Assembly: GCA_019753155.1 (NCBI GenBank)
Contig: JAIELG010000005.1
Span: 59,350 to 123,349 of the forward strand
Origin: Burkholderiales bacterium
GTDB lineage: Bacteria > Pseudomonadota > Gammaproteobacteria > Burkholderiales > JABEVD01
DNA: 64,000 nucleotides
Reading direction: 5' to 3'
A program made the translations under genes and the position numbers. Shown in pieces: positions 10,356 through 20,400 of the stretch. How positions within the stretch are numbered: position 1 is the stretch's first letter; the number at the start of each line of letters is the position of its first letter. The notes under the pieces are model-generated. The model saw only the letters and a program-made list of their open reading frames with translations. It ran no database searches and had not been told where the DNA came from.

Positions 10356-10822
10356 TGTGGCTGCCTGCAGAGTTCGCCTGAATAACGAACGATGACTTTG
10401 CCTTCCCCCAGCTTGATCAAGCCGAAACTGTTGAACCTGCCCTTGTAGCCTGCGTAGCTTCCCTGGGACTCGACCACGTTGTAGGTGATTTCCAGCATGT
10501 AGACTCGATCCTTGCCTGGGACTGCCGTCAATACCGCCTCGTCTTTCGTCTTGAGCAAACCGCCCTTGCTGTTGATGAAATGATGCGTCATGCCAAGAAT
10601 CAGGCCGGTTTCGGTTTTTTTCTGGTCGACGACTTCGGCTTGGGCTCCCGTAAAGTCGCCGCTCAGGGCTGCGACAAAATGGGTTTCGTCCGTTGCATCT
10701 CCCAGCCCCGTTCCGCCGATGGGCATGCAGTCCGATGCATGTGCATTGATGCCGAATGCTCCTAGCAACAGTGCGGAAAACAGGATTCGTTGTTTGGGTG
10801 TGTGTGGCATGGTAAGCGGCAT
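10352..10822 (-). CDS. Secreted hypothetical protein, possibly an allene-oxide-cyclase/dirigent-like beta-barrel
   Basis: Signal peptide (AHA-SDC), beta-rich, YNVVESQGSYAGYKG segment, Cys near both ends; CAGGAG RBS. Confidence 0.7.
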   Translation of the reverse strand: MPLTMPHTPKQRILFSALLLGAFGINAHASDCMPIGGTGLGDATDETHFVAALSGDFTGAQAEVVDQKKTETGLILGMTHHFINSKGGLLKTKDEAVLTAVPGKDRVYMLEITYNVVESQGSYAGYKGRFNSFGLIKLGEGKVIVRYSGELCRQPQ

Positions 10823-10862
10823 TTCATTTCTCCTGTGATTGGGTTCGCCGTATCCGATATTT

Positions 10863-10910
10863 AGATAACGATCGTGATGTAAATATATATAACGATCGTT
10901 ATATTGTCAA
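10863..10910 (-). promoter_or_regulatory. Sigma70 promoter with two TetR-type operators
   Basis: Minus strand TTGACA-17 nt-TATATT; perfect 18-bp palindrome ATATAACGATCGTTATAT (10887-10904) fills the spacer; degenerate copy AGATAACGATCGTGATGT at 10863-10880. Confidence 0.85.
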
Positions 10911-10953
10911 TAAAATAATGCATCAGGTAGAATAGCTTTCGTTACATGAAGGG

Positions 10954-11535
10954 GTGGATATGCGCTACAAACCGGGGCATCGCGAGGAATCCAGGGAGCG
11001 GATATTGTCTGCCGTGGGGAGGGGGTTTCGCAAGCATGGCTACGAAGGCATCGGGGTCGACGGCCTTGCGAAAGAAGCGGGCGTGACATCCGGCGCATTC
11101 TACGGGCACTTTCCGTCCAAGGAAGCGGCTTTCAGGGAAGTCGTCGTTCATGGGCTCGAAGAGCTTCACGAGGGCGTCGAGCGTCTGCAGAAGGAATATG
11201 GATCTCGCTGGGTCGGTGCTTTCATCGATTTCTATCTGGACACAAAGCGCACCTGCGACCTTGGGGAGGCGTGCGCCCTGCAGGCGCTGACGTCGGAGGT
11301 CGTGCGCTCGAGCGCATCCGTTCGCGCGAACTACCGGGATGAATTTTCGAAAGTGCTCGATGCGGTTGCCCTGGGTTTGACGCAAGACACCGTTGCCGAG
11401 AGGCGGGAGCGTGCCTGGGCATTGATGTCGCTTCTTTCCGGCGGGGTGACGATTGCCCGTGCGCTGGGGGATGACGCGCTGGCTCTTGAAGCGGCAAAGG
11501 CATTGCGGAGCGCGGCGATCGCAATAGTGACGTAG
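10954..11535 (+). CDS. TetR/AcrR family transcriptional regulator
   Basis: N-terminal HTH (GVDGLAKEAGVTSGAFYGHFPSKE); divergent from the operator-bearing promoter. Confidence 0.93.
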   Translation: MDMRYKPGHREESRERILSAVGRGFRKHGYEGIGVDGLAKEAGVTSGAFYGHFPSKEAAFREVVVHGLEELHEGVERLQKEYGSRWVGAFIDFYLDTKRTCDLGEACALQALTSEVVRSSASVRANYRDEFSKVLDAVALGLTQDTVAERRERAWALMSLLSGGVTIARALGDDALALEAAKALRSAAIAIVT

Positions 11536-11652
11536 CGTCTCCGAATCGGATGCCCGGACTCGTGAGCCCATATTCTGTATCTTCAATCATGGAGGCGTGC
11601 CAAATTGAGCATTTTTTTGAAATTTCATTCAAATTGGCGCCCCACTTTTTAC

Positions 11653-12315
11653 ATGAACAGGCAAGTGATCCGGAACCATTTCTACAGGTTGAACATCCTG
11701 GCCCTGCTGTACTTCAGTCCTGCGACGCTCTTTTTCAGGATAAATGCCCTGCCCTGGTATGCGGGGACATTGCAAGTCTGGCTTGATGCCCTGGGTTACC
11801 GGTCTGGCGATGCGATATTGGAGGTGGGGTGCGCAACGGGGCAGCTTACGCGATACTTGGCCCGGCATGGCGCGGTCGTGCATGGCGTGGACAATTCGCC
11901 GAAAATGTTGCGCAAGGCGAATGCATCCGCTACGGAAGGGGCGAGTTTCGTGCTGGCAAGCGCAACGGACTTGCCATTCGAAAATCATCGGTTCGACTAT
12001 ATCGTCGCCGCATCATTGATCAATATCATTTCAGAGCCGGAGACGGCCCTGCGTGAGATGGCGCGGGTATGCAAGCCCGGCGGGAAGGTTTCGGTGCTCG
12101 TGCCGCAAAAAGGCATGGCTGATGTGGAGACTCTTGCCGATCATCTGAACCTGTCTGGCTTCTCGCGTGCCGCCTTGATGGCGTGGCATCGCCATGCGCC
12201 GAAAATGGAGCCGAGAAAGCTGCTGGAGTATTTCGGCAATGCCGGATTGCAGGCAAAACATGTCGAAACGCATCTGAGCGGCATGGTCATGACAGTGACG
12301 GGCATCCGTTTGTAA
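11653..12315 (+). CDS. Class I SAM-dependent methyltransferase
   Basis: ILEVGCATG, GVDNSPKML, LPFENHRFD, EMARVCKPGG; start uncertain. Confidence 0.85.
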   Translation: MNRQVIRNHFYRLNILALLYFSPATLFFRINALPWYAGTLQVWLDALGYRSGDAILEVGCATGQLTRYLARHGAVVHGVDNSPKMLRKANASATEGASFVLASATDLPFENHRFDYIVAASLINIISEPETALREMARVCKPGGKVSVLVPQKGMADVETLADHLNLSGFSRAALMAWHRHAPKMEPRKLLEYFGNAGLQAKHVETHLSGMVMTVTGIRL

Positions 12316-12339
12316 TCAGGATTTGGCGGGCAGCATCCG

Positions 12340-12644
12340 TTCGAGAATGCCATTGCCTGTTTTTACATGCTTCGCCACAGCCAGGAGATGGAGCGAGATC
12401 ACTGCCTCGATGAGGAAAGTTGCTGAATATTCTCGTCTCGGATCAGGGGCCGGGAATTCCGGAGGGCGAACTGGGCGAAATCTTCAAACCTTTCTTCCGC
12501 GGACAGGGCGCGCAGGGGGTGACCGGTCATGGCCTGGGACTTGCGATTGCGATGCATGTCATCGAAGCCCACAGGGGGAACATACGCGCATCGAATCTGG
12601 ATGCGGGCGGGCTATGCGTCGAAATCAGCCTGCCCCTGTTATGA
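12340..12644 (+). pseudogene. Histidine kinase C-terminal (HATPase) remnant
   Basis: VSDQGPGIP...IFKPFFRG...GHGLGLAIA..VIEAHRG; no HisKA or sensor part, upstream frames broken. Confidence 0.8.
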
Positions 12645-12725
12645 AATTCCTGAAGTCGGGCGCGCTCAATGGACCGGAAAAGTGATAATCTCGCTTTATG
12701 AATCTGGAAGATAAGGAGCTTGGGC

Positions 12726-13589
12726 ATGAGTCGAGAATTTCCAGCGGTCGATCGGCCGAGGACGGTAGAGCACATCCTGACCGGGGTGCAGACAAGCGAC
12801 GGCGCCGGAGTCAAGTTGACGCGCGTGCTGACCCAGAACCTGCAGGAAAGGCTGGATCCGTTCCTGATGCTGGACGTTTTTCGGAGCGACGATCCGAAAG
12901 ATTATATCGCAGGGTTTCCCGACCATCCGCATCGCGGCTTCGAGACGGTGACCTACATGCTCGCAGGCCGCATGCGCCATAAGGACAGCGCAGGTCACGA
13001 AGGTCTGTTGCAAAACGGAGGCGTGCAGTGGATGACGGCAGGCCGCGGCGTGATCCATTCCGAGTTGCCTGAGCAGGAAAACGGGATTATGGAAGGTTTT
13101 CAGCTCTGGCTGAACCTCCCTGCGAAAAGCAAGATGGTCGCTCCCTGGTACAGGGATTTTTCCGCAGACGAGATTCCGGGCTATGTCACTCGTGAAGGCG
13201 TTTCTGTTCGCGTGATAGCGGGAACGAGTCATGGCGTTGCAGGGGCCATGACTCGGGAAGACACGGAACCCCTTTATCTCGACATCGAAATGCCGCCCGG
13301 CAGCGTTTTCTCGATGCCTCTGCCGTCGAATCACAATGCTTTCGTCTATGTCTATCGAGGCGAGATGACAATCGGCGGCCTGGAAGTGAAGGAGCACCAT
13401 ATGGCCATCCTTGCCAATATGCCTGAAACTGACGGCGTTCTGCTCGCAGCGCGCTCGTCGGCGAGAGCCATTCTGGTTGCAGGAAGGCCGCTCGGGGAGT
13501 CCATTGTGCAATATGGGCCTTTTGTCATGAACACCAGGGAAGAGGTTTTTCAGGCCATCCACGATTTTCGCGAAGGCCGCTTTGCCTGA
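12726..13589 (+). CDS. Pirin family protein
   Basis: DPFLMLD, FPDHPHRGFETVTYM, QWMTAGRGVIHSE, QLWLNLP, YGPFVMNT. Confidence 0.95.
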   Translation: MSREFPAVDRPRTVEHILTGVQTSDGAGVKLTRVLTQNLQERLDPFLMLDVFRSDDPKDYIAGFPDHPHRGFETVTYMLAGRMRHKDSAGHEGLLQNGGVQWMTAGRGVIHSELPEQENGIMEGFQLWLNLPAKSKMVAPWYRDFSADEIPGYVTREGVSVRVIAGTSHGVAGAMTREDTEPLYLDIEMPPGSVFSMPLPSNHNAFVYVYRGEMTIGGLEVKEHHMAILANMPETDGVLLAARSSARAILVAGRPLGESIVQYGPFVMNTREEVFQAIHDFREGRFA

Positions 13590-13704
13590 ATGTAACTTTA
13601 TGTAACTTTCAGGCTTGCCTTGATTGAGTTTTGTCGTGGAAGGTGCGACTATATGTTGGCTTGCGCACAGAGCGGCATATTTTCCAACTTTGGACTATTC
13701 GATC

Positions 13705-14565
13705 ATGGAAGAAACCCAACTGCTTGATCATGAAATGGAGCGGGTTCTCGGTAGCGTCGGGATTCCGCCGCGGCCCACCATATTGATGGAACTCGATTCC
13801 GAAGTAAAAAAAGACGATCCGGATTTCCGTAAAATAGAGCGGCTTGTTTCCTCCGACGTGGGGCTTTCCGCATCTCTTCTCAAAACCGTCAATTCCCCCT
13901 TTTTCGGACTGCACAACAAGGCCACGACCATCAGTCAGGCCGTGTCCGTGCTGGGTCTGTCCACCCTGGCGCGCACGATCACCTGCCTGATGCTGCGAAA
14001 GGTTTTCGCCACGGCGGGGCAAATCAGCATGGAGCGCTTCTGGGATGCTTCCGCCAAGGTCGCCATGGCGACTGCCTATATTGCGAAGCAGTTGCCGGGG
14101 ATGAACAGGGACGAAGCCTATACTTTCGGGCTGTTCCAGGACTGCGGCATCCCCGTTCTGATGCAGCGCTTTCCTGACTACAAGCAGACGCTCGGCATAG
14201 CGAACCAGTCCGTGGACAGGAAATTCACGGACATCGAAGAAGAGCATTGCCAGACGACCCATTCAACGGTCGGCTATCTCCTGACGAAAAGCTGGAATCT
14301 TCCGCAAACCCTCTCGAGCGCAATCCGTTTCCATCACGAATACGACCTGCTCGCCGAATCGCAATCCCTTATCGCTCAGGAGAGCCAGAATTTGGTGGCG
14401 CTGGCGCTGCTTGCCGAACGCGCCATCCAGTTGCATTCGGGCCTTTCCAATTCCGTGGAATGGCGCAAGGGCGGGGAAATCGTGCTGCACCATCTGGGCC
14501 TTTCGGAGTCCGAATTCGAGGATATCGTCGACGATGTCAAGCATTTTCTCGATGCGCAGGATTGA
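13705..14565 (+). CDS. HDOD domain signalling protein
   Basis: IPPRP, DVGLSASLLKTVNSPFFG, AVSVLG, YTFGLFQDCG, HSTVGYLLTKSWNLP. Confidence 0.88.
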   Translation: MEETQLLDHEMERVLGSVGIPPRPTILMELDSEVKKDDPDFRKIERLVSSDVGLSASLLKTVNSPFFGLHNKATTISQAVSVLGLSTLARTITCLMLRKVFATAGQISMERFWDASAKVAMATAYIAKQLPGMNRDEAYTFGLFQDCGIPVLMQRFPDYKQTLGIANQSVDRKFTDIEEEHCQTTHSTVGYLLTKSWNLPQTLSSAIRFHHEYDLLAESQSLIAQESQNLVALALLAERAIQLHSGLSNSVEWRKGGEIVLHHLGLSESEFEDIVDDVKHFLDAQD

Positions 14566-14625
14566 TGCTATTGTGGGTGGGGCGGAAAAAGCCTAGACTT
14601 CGTCTGATTTCCTCCTGAATCAGAA

Positions 14626-16581
14626 ATGCAGAACGATCCACCCGAAAAATTCAACGAAAGCGAATTCGGCTCTTCGAGCTTCATAGTCAAGAGCCGGGAC
14701 GGGGTTTTCGTCGAACTTTCCAGGCTGGAATCTTCATCCCAGTTCAGGATTTTCGTCGAGCGCGTTTTTTCTTCCGGCTATCACTTCACAGGGCTGGACT
14801 ACAAGCTGTTCCTCGAACTGCTGTCCGCCTATGCGCCGGAGAAGCTTGCGATTGCGGTGGCCAGCCTCAAGCTCAAGGGCAAGGCGACGACAGTCCGCTT
14901 TGCTTCCGACATCCTTCCCTTTATCCCCGAAAGGGCGGCCCTTTACAGGACTGCAAGAATCGTCTCGGGCAAAGCCGAATACCTTTTCGAACCGGTCATG
15001 ATCGAAAGAACGATAGAGGAGCCTGTTTTCGCCGAAACCGAAGGTGGTGGATTCGAGGTTGAGGGTAAAGAAAAGCGGGTCGTATCCGAAAAAACCCAGA
15101 TTTCCTTCGACGAATTCGTCGCGGCCATGTGGTTGAAAGGGATACGTTATGGCATCGACTCCGATGCGGTCCGGGAATTCATAGGCAGCGGGAAAAGCGG
15201 AAGGGTTGTGTTTGCCCGCCCGCTTTCTCCTCAGAACGGACAGGATTCCAGCCTGAAAGAGGCGACGGACAGGCTTTACCGGGACAATGCACCCCGCGAG
15301 CTACCCAACGGGAAATGCGACCTGAGGCAGTTCAAGAACAGGTTTCCCCAGATCAGGCGTGGCGAGCGTCTGCTGAAGAAATCGCCGCGCGTGCTCGGGA
15401 TTCCGGGCATCGACCTCTCCGGAGAAGAGATCGAGCCGCCATTGCCCAATGATTTCGACCTCTCCGCCCTATCGGGGCCGGGCACACAGATTGATCGCAC
15501 TGCGGAAGGCGAATTCATCGTCGCGAGCATGGATGGTTTCCTGAATATTGATACACAGACGAACGTGATCGCCGTCACGGAAAAGATCGTCAATTATACC
15601 GGCGTGAACATGAGAACGACCGGGGATATTTCCCTGGAAGGGGAGCACTTCGAAGAGCATGGAGATATCCAGGAAAAGCGGGTGGTCGAGGGGAAAAGCA
15701 TCACCGTTCTGGGAGACGTATTCGGGGCGGTCGTGTCGGCAGGCGGAAAAATCCATTTCAAGAAGAATCTCGTAGGCGGCTCGGCGACGAACCACGACGG
15801 CGACATCACCATAGACGGGTTGGCGTCCAACGCAATCATGCATGCGAAATATGGAACGATTTGTCTCAAACGTGCGGAAAATTCCATGATCATCGGCAAA
15901 AATTTGATTATCGAATCGGCGATCAATTGCACGATACTTGGGGAAACAATCCGTATCGAAATATCGGAAGGCTGTGCAATCGCCGGAAAGGAAGTCCGCA
16001 TCACCGCATCGGGGCCGCGCAAGGAAAATCAAACCCTCGTTTCCATGCTGCTTCCGGATCTTTCCGGATTCGATGTCAGGATCGCTGAAATAGGCATCAG
16101 GATGGGGGAAATCGATTCCGATATCGAAGTCAGGCGCAAGAAAACCCACCCCATCACTGAACAGCCTGAAGTCCGGAACTACCTCATCATCGCGGGAAAA
16201 TTGCAGAGGAAGGAAATCACTCTCAGCGACGAGCAGAAGTCGAACTGGCAGAAGCTGGGCGCACGGGTCGCGCCGGCCCTGAAAGCGTTGTCCGCCATCA
16301 ATGCTGAAATCAAGACACTCCAGGCGGAAAAGGAGAGCCTCGAAGAAGAGGTCGCCGCACTGGAGGCGGAGAAGGAAGCGTCCGGAAAGGGGATATCCTG
16401 TTCCATAGGCACGGCGTCAAAGGAGACGTTCGTCAGGAAAAGGGAAGTGCCTATGGGCGCGCCCCCGCTTTTCGATCTTCCGGCGAAGGATTTGAGGATC
16501 AGGCTGCGTGATCCCGGTTTGCCGGAAGATCGCCTGCATGTGGATGGCGACAGGGATTTTTCCTGGCAACATGTACCCTGA
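14626..16581 (+). CDS. DUF342/FapA-family (flagellar assembly protein A-like) protein
   Basis: GIRYGID, P.NGQDS, GVNMRTTGDI, beta-helix-like repeats and a C-terminal coiled coil. Confidence 0.75.
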   Translation: MQNDPPEKFNESEFGSSSFIVKSRDGVFVELSRLESSSQFRIFVERVFSSGYHFTGLDYKLFLELLSAYAPEKLAIAVASLKLKGKATTVRFASDILPFIPERAALYRTARIVSGKAEYLFEPVMIERTIEEPVFAETEGGGFEVEGKEKRVVSEKTQISFDEFVAAMWLKGIRYGIDSDAVREFIGSGKSGRVVFARPLSPQNGQDSSLKEATDRLYRDNAPRELPNGKCDLRQFKNRFPQIRRGERLLKKSPRVLGIPGIDLSGEEIEPPLPNDFDLSALSGPGTQIDRTAEGEFIVASMDGFLNIDTQTNVIAVTEKIVNYTGVNMRTTGDISLEGEHFEEHGDIQEKRVVEGKSITVLGDVFGAVVSAGGKIHFKKNLVGGSATNHDGDITIDGLASNAIMHAKYGTICLKRAENSMIIGKNLIIESAINCTILGETIRIEISEGCAIAGKEVRITASGPRKENQTLVSMLLPDLSGFDVRIAEIGIRMGEIDSDIEVRRKKTHPITEQPEVRNYLIIAGKLQRKEITLSDEQKSNWQKLGARVAPALKALSAINAEIKTLQAEKESLEEEVAALEAEKEASGKGISCSIGTASKETFVRKREVPMGAPPLFDLPAKDLRIRLRDPGLPEDRLHVDGDRDFSWQHVP

Positions 16582-16582
16582 T

Positions 16583-17506
16583 TCAGGCGCCCGTCATCCT
16601 GGCTTCGACCTTTTCCCGGTTCAGGTGAGGTGCGAAAAGATGGATGAAGTCGTACATGTACCCCCTCAGGTAGCTGTTGCGCCGGATCGCGATTCGTGTC
16701 GTGCTGGACTCGAAAAGATGGGACGCATCGATTGCCCTCAGATTGCGATCACGGTGTTCGTCGAAAGCCATTTTTGCCATGATCCCGATTCCCATGCCCA
16801 TTTCGACGTAAGTCTTGATGACATCCGAGTCCAGCGCAGTCAGGACGACATTGGGATATAATCCCTTCGCTTCGAAAGCCTTGTTGATTTTCGAGCGTCC
16901 GGTGAAAGCGAAATCGTAGGTGATGATTGGATATTGCGCGACATCCTCGATCGTCAGGGGCTTTTTTCTGAGGAGCGGATGCTTGGGCGGCGTCACCACG
17001 CATCTGTTCCATTCGTAGCAGGGCAGCATGACGAGATCCCCGAAAAGCTCTATCGCTTCGGTTGCGATTCCGATGTCCACTTCGCCTGAGCGCACCATTT
17101 CGGCGATCTGCATCGGGTTGCCCTGATGCAGGTTGAGCATGACCTTGGGATAAAGCGCGATGAATTGCTGCACAACGGCGGGCAATACATAGCGCGCCTG
17201 GGTGTGCGTGGTGGCGACTCTGAGACTTCCCCCCGGCTGATTGCCGAATTCCTCCCCCACCCTTTTCAGGTTTTCCGCATCCTGGAGGATGCGTTGCGCG
17301 ATGGAAACCACGGCTTTTCCAGGTTCCGTGACGGCAATTAGACGCTTGCCGTTGCGAACGAAAACATCCAGCCCGAGTTCCTCCTCCAGCAGCTTGATCT
17401 GCTTGCTGATTCCCGGTTGGGACGTGAAAAGCGAACCGGCCGCATCTGAAACGTTCAGGTTCTGACGCACGATCTCGCAAAGGTAGCGCAATTGTTGAAG
17501 CTTCAT
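16583..17506 (-). CDS. cysB: CysB/Cbl LysR-type regulator of sulfate assimilation
   Basis: MKLQQLRY, LFTSQPGISKQI, ATTHTQARY, DSDVIKTYV. Confidence 0.95.
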   Translation of the reverse strand: MKLQQLRYLCEIVRQNLNVSDAAGSLFTSQPGISKQIKLLEEELGLDVFVRNGKRLIAVTEPGKAVVSIAQRILQDAENLKRVGEEFGNQPGGSLRVATTHTQARYVLPAVVQQFIALYPKVMLNLHQGNPMQIAEMVRSGEVDIGIATEAIELFGDLVMLPCYEWNRCVVTPPKHPLLRKKPLTIEDVAQYPIITYDFAFTGRSKINKAFEAKGLYPNVVLTALDSDVIKTYVEMGMGIGIMAKMAFDEHRDRNLRAIDASHLFESSTTRIAIRRNSYLRGYMYDFIHLFAPHLNREKVEARMTGA

Positions 17507-17526
17507 GGGGCGATCTTAATTCCATA

Positions 17527-17546
17527 ATGTTATAAAACTATAACAT
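17527..17546. promoter_or_regulatory. Inverted repeat in the divergent cysB/cys-operon intergenic region, likely CysB site
   Basis: ATGTTATA-AAAC-TATAACAT in an AT-rich spacer. Confidence 0.6.
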
Positions 17547-17612
17547 AACGGTATTTATGAATATATATATTGATTGATATCATAAGCCACTCGCATCCCT
17601 GAAGGAATCGAA

Positions 17613-18368
17613 ATGGATTTCGGATATACGTTGTCCGGGCTGGTGCTGGGCTTGGTTGTGGGCATGACGGGGGTTGGAGGCGGTTCGCTGATGACGCCGC
17701 TGCTGATGCTTGTGTTCGGCGTGGCTCCGGCGGTCGCGGTCGGGACGGATCTGCTTTATGCCGCGATCACCAAGACAGGCGGGGTATGGGTGCATGGTTC
17801 GAAAGGCCATATAGACTGGAAAATCGTCAAGCTGCTTTCCATGGGAAGCCTGCCCTCAGCCATTGCGAGCATCCTGCTCCTGAGGAATCTGGCCATAGAC
17901 AGGCATGCGATGGCGTCCCTCATTTCGACGACGCTCGGCGTGGCGCTGATCCTCACGGCGATTGCATTGATGTTCAGGGACAGGATCAGGAAAATCGGGG
18001 GGATTCCCGAAGGCAGCACTGCCGTTGCGACCGTGGTGAGCGGCGCGGTTCTCGGCGCGCTCGTGACGCTTTCTTCCGTCGGGGCCGGCGCGCTGGGTAC
18101 GGTCGCGCTTGTATTCATCTATCCGCGTCTTCCGGCGATCAAGGTGATCGGAACGGACATCGCCCATGCCGTGCCGTTGACAGCCATTGCGGGGCTGGGC
18201 CATGTTGCGCTCGGTACGGTGGATTTTCATATGCTGGGAAGCCTGCTCGTCGGGTCGCTTCCCGGGATTTACCTCGGCAGCCATCTTGCTCCGAAAATCC
18301 CGGATCGCGTGCTGAGAGGCGTCCTCGCAAGCATGCTGCTGCTCATTGGCGGAAAACTGGTGTTTTGA
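17613..18368 (+). CDS. TauE/SafE family sulfite exporter / sulfur transporter
   Basis: GMTGVGGGSLMTP, AVGTDL, GTDIAHAVPL; highly hydrophobic. Confidence 0.92.
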   Translation: MDFGYTLSGLVLGLVVGMTGVGGGSLMTPLLMLVFGVAPAVAVGTDLLYAAITKTGGVWVHGSKGHIDWKIVKLLSMGSLPSAIASILLLRNLAIDRHAMASLISTTLGVALILTAIALMFRDRIRKIGGIPEGSTAVATVVSGAVLGALVTLSSVGAGALGTVALVFIYPRLPAIKVIGTDIAHAVPLTAIAGLGHVALGTVDFHMLGSLLVGSLPGIYLGSHLAPKIPDRVLRGVLASMLLLIGGKLVF

Positions 18369-18384
18369 ATATTAAGGAAAGATC

Positions 18385-20400
18385 ATGAACGAAAAACTGA
18401 CCAATTCTGAAGAAATCGATCGCTTCGAGGCGGCGGTAGAAAGTTATTTCAACCTGCAGATCGATGTCGAGCGATTCACTGCGATCCGGCTGCAGCAGGG
18501 CGTCTACGGTCAGCGTCAGGAAGGCGTCAACATGCTGCGCGTGAAGGTTCCGGGTGGCTCGATCAATCCCGAACAGTTGAATGCGATAGCGGATGTGCTG
18601 GATACCCATTCGCAGAACGATACGGTACATGTCACGACGCGCCAGGACATCCAGATCCATTCCGTTCCGTTGCGGGAGGCGCCTGCGGCAATGCGCATCT
18701 TCGAAAAAGTGAATCTCACCACGCGCGAAGCCTGCGGCAATACTGTGCGCAACATGACGGCCTGCCCGATGGCGGGAGTCTGCGACCGCGAACATGTCGA
18801 CGTGACGCCCCATATCGAAGGGGCGGTGCTGCATTTTTTGAGGAATCCGCTCAGCCAGCAAATGCCGCGGAAAATGAAGATGAGCCTCTCCGGATGCGAG
18901 GCCGATTGCGCCCAGGCCATGATCCATGATGTCGGCATCGTCGCGGTTGCCGATGACGGCCGCTTTGGATTCAGGGTTTACGCTGGAGGCGGACTCGGCC
19001 ACAAACCGCATGAAGCGATCGTTGTCGAACCCTTCATCGAGGAGAAGGATTTGCTGATCGTGATGGAAGCGCTCGTTTCGCTCCACAACAGGTATTCGGA
19101 CAGAGTGAAACGCGCGAAATCCAGGATCAAGTTCCTGGTGGACCGCTTCGGCGTCGAAGGCTTCCTCGAAAAATACCGCGAGGAACTTGCGCTTACCCGC
19201 AGCGCTCTCGCTCAACATGCCTATCCTGTGGGCAACTGGAAGAAGGGCGGGGAGGAAGGGCCCGTCTGCGGACAGGGGGCGCCGAGGCGAGCGGTGGAAC
19301 AGAAGCAGAAAGGCTTCTACACGTTCCCCATCGCCTTGACCATAGGCAATCTCGAATCGTATCAGTTGCGCGGCGTGGCTCAAATCGCCCAAAGGCATGG
19401 GCTTTCCGATCTGCGCACCACCCAGGACCAGAATCTCATGGTCATGAATGTCCCGGAAACGCTGTTGCAAACATTGCGCAGCGAATTTGCTCAACTCGGA
19501 CTCAGGGAGCCCGAGGTTGGGGATGATGTGATCGCCTGCCCCGGAACCACCACTTGCAGGCTGGGGATCACTTCCAGCATGACCGTTGCGGGAAAGCTGA
19601 ATGGAGGGAAAAATGACCTGCGCATCAGGGTCTCGGGATGCCACAACGGTTGCGCACAGCCCGAGACGGGTGACATCGGCATTTACGGCGAGGGGAGAAG
19701 GCTGCATGGCAAGCTGGTTCCGCATTACCAGATGTATCTGGGCGGAAACGGGATGGGCGGCGGGGCGCTTGCGGTCAAGGGGCCTTCCGTTCCTTCGGCA
19801 AGGATAGAAGAGGCCGTTTCACGCTTGCAGGAAGCTCATGCCGGGGAGGGATCGTTTTTCTCCTGGGTGAGAAGCCGCAGCCAGGATTACTTCCAGGAAC
19901 TCCTTGCGGACCTTGTCGAAGTGAAGGCGGACGAAATCCTTTCCATGCTGCAGGATCATGGCGATGCCAGAGAATTCAAGGTGTTGCAGTTGGGCGGAGG
20001 GGAATGCGCGGGCGCATCCCAGGTCAGGATAGGATCGAGTTTTTTCGAGGCCGCCCACGAGCGCCGCTATCGGGATGCACTCTTCATGCAGCGCAAGTAC
20101 GGCGAGGCTGCGAAATGCGCAGAAGCCATCCTCAGCCTGATCGGGCAGGGTCTCGTTCAACTGCATGGCGGCAATGTCGGCAGCGCGCTTCCTGAAATTG
20201 CCGTGGGACTCAAATCGCTGGTTCCCGGAAAACTGAGCGAGCTGTTCGAAGAGCTTGCGCTCAAACTGCACAGCCTGGAGGCGGACTCGCTTTCCAGTAT
20301 CTTCAAGGTGATTGATGTATGGACCACGGATGCTGCGGAATATTGCCTGCAGCATGACAGCCAGCTCGATTTGAGCGAGGCATTGCCGAGGGCGGCATGA
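18385..20400 (+). CDS. Siroheme sulfite (nitrite/sulfite) reductase with a C-terminal extension
   Basis: GVYGQRQ, TTRQDIQ, ACGNTVRN, ACPGTTTC...SGCHNGC cluster ligands; lies within the cys operon. Confidence 0.9.
   Translation: MNEKLTNSEEIDRFEAAVESYFNLQIDVERFTAIRLQQGVYGQRQEGVNMLRVKVPGGSINPEQLNAIADVLDTHSQNDTVHVTTRQDIQIHSVPLREAPAAMRIFEKVNLTTREACGNTVRNMTACPMAGVCDREHVDVTPHIEGAVLHFLRNPLSQQMPRKMKMSLSGCEADCAQAMIHDVGIVAVADDGRFGFRVYAGGGLGHKPHEAIVVEPFIEEKDLLIVMEALVSLHNRYSDRVKRAKSRIKFLVDRFGVEGFLEKYREELALTRSALAQHAYPVGNWKKGGEEGPVCGQGAPRRAVEQKQKGFYTFPIALTIGNLESYQLRGVAQIAQRHGLSDLRTTQDQNLMVMNVPETLLQTLRSEFAQLGLREPEVGDDVIACPGTTTCRLGITSSMTVAGKLNGGKNDLRIRVSGCHNGCAQPETGDIGIYGEGRRLHGKLVPHYQMYLGGNGMGGGALAVKGPSVPSARIEEAVSRLQEAHAGEGSFFSWVRSRSQDYFQELLADLVEVKADEILSMLQDHGDAREFKVLQLGGGECAGASQVRIGSSFFEAAHERRYRDALFMQRKYGEAAKCAEAILSLIGQGLVQLHGGNVGSALPEIAVGLKSLVPGKLSELFEELALKLHSLEADSLSSIFKVIDVWTTDAAEYCLQHDSQLDLSEALPRAA

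Noticed and set aside
8163..12700. Intact integrative element at tRNA-Ala
   Set aside because: No integrase and no duplicated tRNA 3' end found by eye; only remnants are present
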